From positions 62,001 through 126,000 of the forward strand of contig NMRA01000755.1 in assembly GCA_002633005.1 (NCBI GenBank): a stretch of 64,000 nt of DNA, in the 5' to 3' direction. Origin of the DNA: Phoronis australis. Lineage: Eukaryota > Animalia > Phoronida. The translations under genes and the position numbers were made by a program. Shown here piece after piece: positions 27,201-38,400 of this stretch. The notes under the pieces are model-generated. The model had not been told where the DNA came from and made no database searches. It worked only from the letters and a program-made list of their open reading frames with translations. Position 1 is the stretch's first letter. Each line of letters opens with the position of its first letter.

Positions 27201-30200
27201 AAGGTATTCCAACAACACACCCTGGTGGATTAACGATTGCGTCCACGAGCAACATCTGCCAATGTTAGTGCTGTAGTAACGGTCACGTGACAATTAGGAC
27301 TTAATTATAAATGCATTGTTTAAATTCAAATATCCACTTGGGCGTACTGTATTGTAGGTAGGATTTAACATGGGCATTTTATGAACAACGACTGCAATAG
27401 CCATGTCATGATATTCAACTCTTATCAAAACTCACATCTACTGTACATGTAACCTACATGTACGTGATCTCGGTTGCCTGTCTGGTCCTAGTGTCCAGAA
27501 ATTTACTGGAAAGTTCCATAGGAAGAACACGTGGTATGCGTACCCATAAATGTGATGCACAGTTTTAACGTACACTTGCCTACTGTATTTGGCCATTGAA
27601 CCGATAGTGCCTGTTTTCAGGAAACAACTCTTTCGTATTGGAGAGTAAAGAATTTAATCGCCTGGAAAAACAAGGTGACATTTTTTTACTAACAAAAGCA
27701 GTTCGCTGCGAGTGTATGGTAATCTGCAGTTACCGTACTGGTTAAAATGCATCAATGGCATCCAAGAGCACTGTCACGTCCGCGAAAATAGTGTTCTGCC
27801 ATTGAATTAAAAAATGCCCATGTACACCATACTCCTTAGCTGAGATTGGACCAAATTCCGCCAGGTGTCGCTTTGTTCATGTTCAATATATAGGAATATA
27901 CATCTGATTCGAGAAAGCGTTGATTTTGAGTATCATTTGCATTGGTAATATTAACTAAGTGCGAAACACCAAGCTTATCACTAAGTTTTTAACAGAAACA
28001 AAACTTTGATGCTAATCCTGTCAGTGTGTCCCACTAACACTGTCTGTGTCCCTTAAGGTGTCAAACTTAGGCGGCCAATGTTAAACGACAATTAAATAGT
28101 GTTTAAACAGCTGGGAGATTGCTTTAAAACAATTGACATTTTTTATGATCTATTTACATGATCGGTTGCCATATGCGGGGCGTAGCCATTTCTCGCTTGT
28201 TCAAGCTGCCAACAATATGTTGGTTCTGTTAAAGATACCTCGTGCTTCATGAATTCAAAAGAGTTAAAATCTGAATAATTTAATAATGAGCTTGATGCAT
28301 TGTGCTTCACTAGCATAAAAGAAACTGTGCCTTTAAGACACTTTTAAAGGAACACTGTCGTTTTGAGGCCGAAAACGCATTTCTGGGGCTATTATTGGTT
28401 GGGATATACTTTTTGACGTCATTAGTTGTGACCAGTCGACAGCTAAAAAACATTGAAAGTCAAATTTTTGCGATTCTACTACAAATCGCCAATTCTCGCC
28501 GATGTTTGACAGACATTCGCTGAAATTAAGGCCGGCGAATTATCAGTTAAAGTCAGTCATTTATTGAGCACGATTAAGCCCGTTAGTATTTGATTGCAAA
28601 CGTAAAGCTTTGCGGTTCAAATCCGAGTTGCAGCTGATTTCAGAAAATCGCTTTTAACATGTTTTATTTTCCAGGCCTCTCGCACGCTCTCGCCACTTGG
28701 ATACATGTAGGTCGGATCGGTAGATAATCGTCTTAATTCTCCACTTTCATAGTCGGGGCAAGCTCATTTTTGTTGAAAAAATGTGTCGTTCTTCAACTGA
28801 AACAAAAACATGTTGTCGTGGACCTACTTCCAATTATGTTTTGATTCGGATGCATATTTTACAGGCCGGGGCGCGAAGGGTTGCGTGAGGTGAAACAAAC
28901 TCAATCTATAATTTTAACTTTAAACACAATTTATCCCTTATTTGATATTACTTAAGAAAATTAAAGATCGAGATTTTTTGCTTTATTTTTACAGATTTAC
29001 AGGTATTGTTAAAAGATGTAGTTTTGGTCAACGAAACTTCCTAGCAAATATGGTCTTGCCAAGGAAAGGTACATGTAAGCCAAGCGTATAAAGCATTTGC
29101 CCACAGTCCTTATCTTGAATGTTTCGCAAATTTCAGTGGATCAAAAGGATATCCATTCAAAAAGGGTGTTACTGAAGTGAGAATAACCTCCTCTAATGAG
29201 CCCGATTTTCGCTCCAGAAACCGTCTGGTCGGTTGTTATACTAACTTTCTTCTCTCCATGAGGCGGCAATTTTGAGATGAAATAGCCCCATTATGATTGA
29301 CTTATAATTCGACAGCGGACGACTAATGTATAGTAATCGCACGTTTCGCGGCTGAAGTCATGCAGTTTACGGCACAGCAGAGTGTTAAAGGCAAACAAAA
29401 CAGCCAGTGCGACGGATTTTGTCAAATCTTTCCAAGCATTGATGGCCAACAACCAAAATAAAATTGTGCAATTTCATTCCATTATCTTGTCACCAGAGAA
29501 TCAAATAACGTTTTCCAAATCAAAAAGTAATTAAATTTACGGTATCATGAAGGAACTGGTCTACAGCAAAACAAGCTTAGTTGCAAACTTTTGGCAACTT
29601 GTTAAAATAGCAGGTGTCTGCAAAAAAATATATCAGACGTTAGTACCCAGGTTCATTGATAGAAAAAACGGATCTTGCTCTCCGGCGCCTAATCGCCTCA
29701 GTGGTCGCCGGAATTTTCCCTCGGACTTCACCATTCAATACAGTCTTTACCCGCTGTCAGTATTCCCCTAACCCACCCCACCTCCAGTCAATAAATAGTC
29801 AGTGTTCACTTAGAAAAAAAAATTCATACGGCCAAAGTCAACCTAAAAAGCCAAAAGGTAGACTCAATCACCTGCATGTGGTGCGGGTTCCTAAGCACCG
29901 ATCTTCCTCCCCGACTACGGACCTCGTTCTAGCTTTTAGTGTTTTCAATGTTTTCCACACACGCCAACACAAAAAACAAAATTCATTCTAGTTCTTTTGC
30001 CTTTTCCATCCTCGATATCAATCGTCGCTGCAAGACCCCACATAAACATGTAACAGAGGCGGTTCATGTACAACCTCTTGTTAAAACGACGCGCGTACTA
30101 CTCAAAAGAATAGTAAAGTATAGACAATCCATTCTGCCTCGTTGTCATATGCAAACATTGGGGTCTAAATGTTTCATTTTGAAAGATATAAGGCTCAGAC

Positions 30201-33200
30201 ATTTGGTCTTACTTCACAATTTCTGAAAAAGAGTTTATCTATGTAATTAAGAGCGCATCAGAGTCTAGAAATAATTCCTACAAATTTTCTCAGTAAGTAA
30301 CAGTTACGTGTGTATTCTCATAAACTATATTATGGTCAAGTGAGATTTAATTAGTTTTCTGAAATAATTAGTGGACAGTAAGACCAAATTTTTGACTTAA
30401 GTCTTGAGTCACGTTCTGTTAAATAAATCCCAGATGTATAACTAAACCAAGAGAAAACACTGTCAGAAAGTTCATGTATAGTGCTACAAAATGTCAAATA
30501 CTATCATGTGTGTAGCAGAAAGATTTCCTTATGTAGAACCGTCATGAAGCAGTTAAAGAACGCCAACGGGGACAATATTGCGCCATATGACGTCAGTGCC
30601 ACCGCGGCACAAATTGTCGAACAACGCGAAAATGTCACATTATGAATAAACTTTCAACAAGCCAGCAAAAATAAGCAACAAGTGATCAATTAAATTATCT
30701 TGATATGAAAAATGAATCAATATGTACGCACTGCTTTGAATCAAATTAAACATTGTATACATCTAAAATCCATTAATGGTAACCAATGGTCAATTAGCCT
30801 TAGAAATAATAACTGTTTAAGATTTTGAGATCGCAAAGAGGAAGTGAAAAGTGTGTTAATTGCAATTTCAAAATAGAAGAATTGTTTCGGTACATTAGTC
30901 AAAAGCTTTACGCGTGCCACACACCCCTGGACTGTATTCCAAAACCCAGCTGATCTTTTTATTCTGTTGTTGTTTGGTGTAGTTCTGATTGTGTACTCTC
31001 GCCACGACTCTGGACTAACGAGGTGTGGCGCGTGTACACAATTTGAGAAAGCAGTGGTCATCGAATGAAAGAGGTTCGGCAAATGTTTCAAAACTAACTA
31101 AAGTATTAAAACAAAACAGAAGCACGCATCTGTCAACAAAAGAACCGCGATTCCGGCCATGCGCATCACCATGACGAACCAAATAAAGGGACATTACATT
31201 TCTGACCGAAAAATGCATTTTGGTCATTACTTTTGATAGAATAGACTTCTTGAAGTTGTTAGCCTTGACCAGAACAATGAAACAACGAATTCCGTTGTTT
31301 TGCGGTTTCATTACCAGTCGCCAATTGTCGACGTTGTTTGCCAGACCGGCATTCGCAAAAATCAAGGTCGTGACTTTATCGGTCAAACACCGTGGCTTAA
31401 AATCCACAGCCCTGATTTACACGTACCATAACTAGCATTAAACGCAAGACTACAATCGCCAGGTTACAGGATCGAATCTGCGCTGAGAGAATGCCTTTGA
31501 CGCCGGTAATGTAACGTGCAGTATGTGAGACGTATCGGCACGGTGACAGTGCAAGTGTCTTGTTGGTACGATTCGCGTCCAAACGGAAATTGATGGACGC
31601 TCTCGAGTCTGAGTTCCCCGCCTCGTATATTATTCTAGGAAAGAGCAATTTGTGACTACCGTATATATATGCGGCTATTAAGGCCCATATCATTTTTACA
31701 CATTTTCCGCTGTTTTGGTCTTGAGTACGGTATGACACTTGTAACAAGATTCAATGCAGTGATTAAATCGGTCATACAATCTCATTAGCTTCAAAAGGTT
31801 CGGACATCTGTTTTTACAAGAACAACGCTTAACAAGCCACTCGAGGTAGTAATCTCTCAACAAACAAGCTAAGTGGTCTTAATCCTATCATAATGGCCTT
31901 ATTAACAATAACGCTTATGAGGAAATTCTTTGACATGACTTTAGCCACGCGATCAATTTTTAACCTTTGTTTTACTTAGCTGTCAATTGCTGCTAAACTT
32001 TTAATGTCCCATAGTTATAAATACAAGTAAACAACAATGAAAAAATACGGTTATATGTGCTAAATACAAGTAAACTGCAATAAAAATTACGGCTGACGAG
32101 TCATGCTACGACAGTTATATTTACATGACTGACTTAAATTAGGACGATAGATGAATATTTTGCCATCCCTTTATTTGTTGTCAGCTTATACTAAATGATA
32201 AAATCACAACAATAAAATTCCAAAGGATTTGAAGCAAAAAATGTTATTACCCTGTGATTTCAACGCTACGCGATCCTGCATGTGTGAAATAAGGTAAGCG
32301 AAACGTTCGTTGTTCCAAAATCACATATGGACGTTATCTCAATCAACCACAACATAATAATTGCTGAAAAATTGAAAGCTATTAACACTCCGTTTCTTCT
32401 CTCTAAATGCGGTAAATTAATGGCAAAGAGACTTCGTGAGTTGCTACAAGAAAATCACTTTGTTCGGTGTGGCCCCACATTCAGTGCCATCTATTGGCGA
32501 GAATTTGAGACGTTGGGCAAAGACGGATCGGTCGTCGATCTACCAACTAAAATAATGTCGGGCTATATTGTTATAAAAGGTTTTTACCAAGACACATATG
32601 AGGAATCTCAGATAACAGACCAACGAAACGGATATTCGCAGTACGACCTTTAAAAACCCTCAAATGAAGCCGAATAAATACGCGGCGTATTTTCGGAAAT
32701 CTCTGATTGGCCAACGATTTGTGATGGAATTTTAAAGCAAACAAATTATTATTATTGACTTAAAACTGTTTTCAAAAGTACGTAAAAGTCGATAGCCCTT
32801 AGGACTGATAAAGAATCAGTTTGATTCGAAGCATTCCTCGATCAGTTGATTAATGCTGCGTAGGCCTACCATCCACTCCAGTAGCTGACTTGTCGGCTAA
32901 AAACGAAAATCGAATAAAGACTTTTTCCCTCATAAAATCGGTCTCATGACATTCTTTACACAAAGTGGATTCCACCGTCCGTTGCCAACTCAAATCACAG
33001 GTAATCCCTATGCTTGCGTCATTTTCTGTTTCGCAAAGTAGCGAGTTGGCCAACCCCATCAAAGTCCGAAGCGTTTTCTTGAGGATGGTTTCGATGTTCT
33101 AGCAGCAAACGGAAATGGATTTCTGTCGCTAGCCATTTAAATATGGCGAAATGCAGATTTAACTTATTTGTATCTGTTGGAGTTAAAATAAATACCAACA

Positions 33201-33528
33201 AACGATCTAATATGCACTTCATCCATGAACACGAGAAGATCGAATCCACGCACGAGCTGAGATACATGTACTATGTCAATGAATTTAAGCCTGAATGCTT
33301 TCACCGCGCTGACGAGAAGTACTAGAGAAACAAGGTCTTGACTAGTGGAAGATGCCCGACTGTTTTTGACCAACGTCATGCCGTTACGACCCATCAAGTT
33401 ATCTTGTTCGTGTTCAACATTCCGCATCGCCATGAACAAGATGATTCCATTACTCCCAGATACACATGGAAGAGACGGTCAACTGGGTCATCAACCTAAA
33501 CACGCTTGCCGTTTTGGACGACATTAAA

Positions 33529-33679
33529 CAGGGGTGGATCCAGGATGTTTTAAAAGTGGGGGTCGGATCAAGGATTTTATTAAAGAGGGTTAAAGACAAT
33601 TTGAAAATTCTACATTTTAAAATCATAGGAAAAAGGGGGGTTCGGACCTCGGTCTTGATTCCCCCTGTATAAGCCTATG
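33529..33679. mobile_element. Degenerate MITE related to family A
   Basis: Starts caggggtggatccaggat, has G-runs, and ends in a decayed ...ccccctgtataagcctatg. Confidence 0.5.
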
Positions 33680-34599
33680 TATAAATCACCCTCAATAAAA
33701 GTTTGTACCCTGTATAGTACTGGAAATCGAACCAGGAACCATCTTTGGCATCATCCGTTCTACTATAATACCCCAAGGTAAGATACTGTAAGTCATGCTG
33801 TGCTCCATTGAGAGACAGGTGGGGGATGGAGGGAGGGAGGGATGGATGGNACAGCGGGCGGTAAGAAAATATTCTTACACCCCAGAGGGATCGACGCTGG
33901 CCATCGGATCAGCTCTTTCATTTCAGTGATTCCACAGCGATGACATAAATTTCCTCAATGTCATCATCAAAAATCCACCGTTTGAATCTTGTAGGATAGC
34001 AATTTACCACGCTCGCGGGAAGCAGACGAGAATAAACAAAATTTCAATTCAACTTAGCCTGAATGGTAGTTTTGAGCACAGCGGCAGCGTAGTTTGTCAT
34101 GCGACAAAGAATTAGGAGACCCATTTAAAGATTCCGGCAAATCAGACCGGCATTTGAAGAATCGGACGAAACGTGACCATTCGATTAACCGTATGTAGCA
34201 CACAGTTTTGTTAACCACAAGTCTAAAAGTTGTGAACTGTTTAGTAGTGTAACGGGAATCGGTGGAGCGACCAAATGCAGCACCGATCTATTTATGTCTA
34301 AAGTCGACTGTTCGTAGTCAATAAAAATAATTGCAGCGTACTATTTCACTCCGTTCGTATTGCATGCGAGAAAACCCTGGTGACAAAACTTATAATTAAA
34401 GTGTGAAACGAAATAAGTAGAAAAATGTACTTAGTGAGTTTATTGTGCGCTTAATATAAAACACAACATGAATCTACAAACTTGCACTACTCACCATATC
34501 TTCTGTTGTCGGTTATATCTCTGCTTTGACAAAATAACCCAAAGAATATATAGGCAAATATACGCTGAAAAACAGTTCGAATAAAAAGACCCAATTAAA

Positions 34600-35170
34600 G
34601 CTAGTTAGTTACGTTGGGATTCCTTGCGGATAGGAACGAGACCCCGGCAGAACGAACTCTAGTGAAGTCTGCCGTGAGCGTGTCCATAGGCAAATTCGGG
34701 CTACGAAGTACCAAGATCTTACGGTCAGGAAGAGGTAGACCTAAGTTGTAAAAAACAATCAAAATGCAAACTGAAAATTTCGTCTTCGGAAGTACCAAAT
34801 AAGGGCTGTCACCAGTAGACACCCCTGTACTCACGGACTCCATCAATGCACGGCGCTCCCGTCACACTAGGCGCTGTGTCTCAACGGTTTGGAAAGCGAA
34901 AAGCATGCCTTGTCACGGTGGCGTTTAGTAACAATACAAGTGGTTGCCTTAGAAATACATTTTCCGTCTTAATTAATGTTGCCCTGGCGTGTTTCCGAAA
35001 GAGCCCCGATGTTTCTTTTCGGACTGAATCCCCTGTAGCCCGATGGAGTAGCCGACGGGTGCCCGCTACCCCGGCGGCCGGGCGGGGGGCACCCACGGGT
35101 TAGCAGTGGCAGTCACCAGGTGGCGAGATCGGCTCCTCCGCGAGTTGGCTCACCAAGAACTGCTAAACAA
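34600..35170 (-). other. GC-rich multi-hairpin region upstream of CNOT11; candidate divergent structured RNA or 5' region of an antisense transcript
   Basis: Several complementary segment pairs (see findings), plus consensus minus-strand splice signals. No convincing long ORF. Family not identified. Confidence 0.35.
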
Positions 35171-35373
35171 TATATCGTGGAAATAGGTCGTATTTCACGA
35201 CTCTGTGCCTAATATGGAGACATGCAGAACTGTGAATGCATACCAAAATGAGACTCGACTACTAAGAGATACTGTAATCCGATAGTCGTTGACAATAATC
35301 GTAGGTGATCTGCTCGCTCTCCCATTAAAGAAAACCAAATGTGTGAATCTCCAATAGATGTCGCACTGTAAAT

Positions 35374-35411
35374 ATGGCGCTGTCTGTGAAGGAATTGGCT
35401 TCATTGCTGAG
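35374..35411 (+). CDS. CNOT11: CNOT11 exon 1
   Basis: [12 protein letters not shown]+AG|gtaatg, matching MSLTPKELSSLLS. Confidence 0.85.
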
Positions 35412-38400
35412 GTAATGGTTTGCTGTTAGGTCTGTCTGTATCATCAATGAATGCCAACTATATGACCACATTATGCAAAATTCTTGACCAAATGTTCCTA
35501 CTCGTAACAGTACTGGAATCACTTAGTTTCGATGGCAACAGCTGTGGCATGCGTTGAGCCTTTTGACTCCAGTCCAGTATTTGGCAGTAATAAAGACTAA
35601 AGTATTGTTGTTAGCAGGTTACCGGATGAAGTTAGGTTGTAATATGACGCGTAACCTGTTTGTGCATAAGTATTTACACAAACCCTATTTAGGGTCGTTA
35701 CCCTTGAAACATAAATTTGCCTTCATTTTGCAAATCAAAACGTTTCCTGTTTTTAAGTTGCAAGGCCTGAAGTGAATGAACCAACATACAATGATAGTGA
35801 TAACAGTCCCGGCTGCTAACGAACACAGATAAGGTCGGCTTATAAAAGAAACAGGCAGTATATGCAAAAATATCAAGATGTTCCAGATAAATGTTTCGTT
35901 CCCACACCATTTTATCAACAGTGCCTTTACAATAAATAATTATAATAATAGTAATAATAATAATAATAAATAACTTTATTTATAGAGGATAAAAACATGT
36001 TAAGTGTAAAACTTATCTACCACATGGTCCTCAAAATTGCAATAAATAGATGAACAATGATATGTACAGATGAATGAAAAATGAAATAAATAAGTTAATT
36101 AATGTATACAATTTTTGACATGCATGCAGATATACAGTTAATTAGATAATAAATAAGTGGATGTTTAACAGTAATTGATTTAATAGCTAATGGTAAACCA
36201 TTCCAGGCAATCACTCCATCTACAAAGAAAGTACTCCTGTACTTACTTGGATGTTTTGTAGTTTGGTACAACTAAATTGCCAGCATTCGAGTATCGGGTC
36301 GCGATTAAAAAAAATTCAAAAGTTAACATAATATAGCTTTCACTTGTTTCGTATGAGAGTAGTCTTCGAAGGTTTCTTCTGGCGAAAGTGGAAACAGGCA
36401 AAGGAGTTGCATTTTGGAACTGGCTTTTTAATGACAAATTTCTTTTAAGTTAGGATTGTGAATTCGTGAAGGAAATGTGAACTGAACAGAGTATAATTAT
36501 GTGTTACCAAGCAAGTATGTTTTGAAACAACTGTGAACTGTGAAATTGCACATTCCAAATTTGTTTGGAAACTGCTCTTCATGAAACTTATAGCAAAGCC
36601 GGCACACGTGAGTAGCACTAATTTCTGATTGGTTGGAGTGGGTGAGGTTTACAAGGGTACTATTAAGGAAGGCATTTTACAGTTTTTGTTGGGTTTTGTA
36701 CACAATAACTTACACTGTCGAGACAGATAGGATGTGTTTGCGAAAATCGGTCGTGAACTTGAAATCGATACCATAATGTAGTCAAACGTTCAGGCAAATT
36801 GAGTGTTCAAGAACTAGATTCAGCCAAATTAAAGTTATAGGATGTTCAGCAGGCCACTTTTTATGATGAAATCGAATCTTTTAAATTGAAATGGTATGAG
36901 GTTATAAACATGACCCCTGTTTGTTTTCAAATAGCTTTCTCAGTGTCAAAGGATGCTTGCAACTTTCTGTGTTAAGTTCAGGTGAAAAACACCCCATGAT
37001 TTTACCGTTTGGGCATTTCTCAAAACATGTTTTTATAAACATGCCGGGCGAATACTTAGTGAATACTTTGAGAAATGAATTTTGGATCATTGGATTAATT
37101 CAGTTTGTCGTAAGTGTGTGCCTTGAAATAAAGCATCAGAGTCACCAAATTTTGTTGTGTTGTGTTTCATTGGCTTAATTGTTGTATGTATTGTGTATTT
37201 CCGAAAATAGGCCCATGGGCGGATATTCTAAAAATGTCCCTTCAAAAAGGTGAAATGAAACAGAATATATTCCCTGGTGTATTTTCGGAAAGGGATGTGT
37301 ATTTTGGAAACTGTGTCAAACATTTTGTGATGCAGATTTAAAGGACATGATTATCATTAAGTATTCACTCAAGAATATTTTCAGATTATCTAAAAGTTAA
37401 TGACCCTTCTGTAGATATGGGTAGTCCTTCAAAGGAATGTTGGTTTATACTGAAAAAAGATACAGTTTGACTCATTGCAGAACAACGACTGGTTGAAATC
37501 ACCAAGACTAGATTCAGTATCCTTTTAACTATTCTTATCATGTCTTTTTCAGCGTTCTGTCTGAAGATGCTACTCAAACACAAACGTTTGATGCATTGGC
37601 GTCCTCTTTACACCACTATTTCAACAAAACAGACCACTTTAAAGTTGGCACAGCTTTGGTAGGTTTAGGGCCCTGGTTTGGGCACAAAAAGTATTATGGC
37701 ACAGTCAGAAATTTAAAGCAACTCTTAAGGACAAGCCACAAGAGATTAATGCCTTCTAAACTATGTAGAGGAGCCAGTGTGGCCTAGTTCGATAGCTGCC
37801 CTTTTTCTTTACTCGAGGTCAGGCTTCGAGTCCCACTGGGCCACACTGCTAGACCCTTGAGTCAGGTTTCTAGCTCCTCAGCTGGGTTTTAACTATAAAG
37901 CATAACTTAAAATGATTCCAGGTGGTCAGTGCTATGGGTCCACATGTGCGGCCCTCACACATTGGTACAACCTGTACTAGACCGCCTGCAATTATTTTTA
38001 TTATCATGTACATAACTGCAGGTACAGTAATTTTTAAAATGAACTTGACAGACTTTGAGAGAACTTTGCCAGACTTAGATAAAAGTCTTGCCGTAATTAT
38101 TTGGCAGTTTGGTCATTCTATTGTCGCGTTTTTGTGGAACTTTTCTCAGTGTTTAATGCGACATCATTCTGTCTAGCTGCTAGTTGTTTCATTATGAAAT
38201 GGACTAGTGCAGAATAAGTTGTTGCGATTTTTCCAATGATTGTGGGGCACCACCTGTCGAAATTCAGCGTAAATCTATACAGATTCTACACTGTGCCCAA
38301 AATTTGAGAAATACGATGAGTGCCAAAATTGCCCACATTCTAATTGTTAGAATCAAGAAAATTCAATTCAGCTAGAATTCCGGTGTCCCAAAATGTATTG

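Noticed and set aside
26900-27270. Coding-like stretch (118-aa ORF and minus-strand fragments)
   Set aside because: No recognisable domain or consistent splice pattern; possibly a decayed transposon fragment that I cannot support.
34980-35170. 7SK, RNase P/MRP, SRP RNA or HDV-like ribozyme as the identity of the structured region
   Set aside because: There is only one GATC (7SK needs the paired GAUC motif). There is no matching CR-I/CR-V pair on one strand for RNase P/MRP, no SRP helix 8 motif, and no complete HDV P1/P1.1/P3 topology.
37771-37850. tRNA gene
   Set aside because: A- and B-box-like motifs are present but there is no consistent acceptor or anticodon stem, so it was treated as a SINE head.
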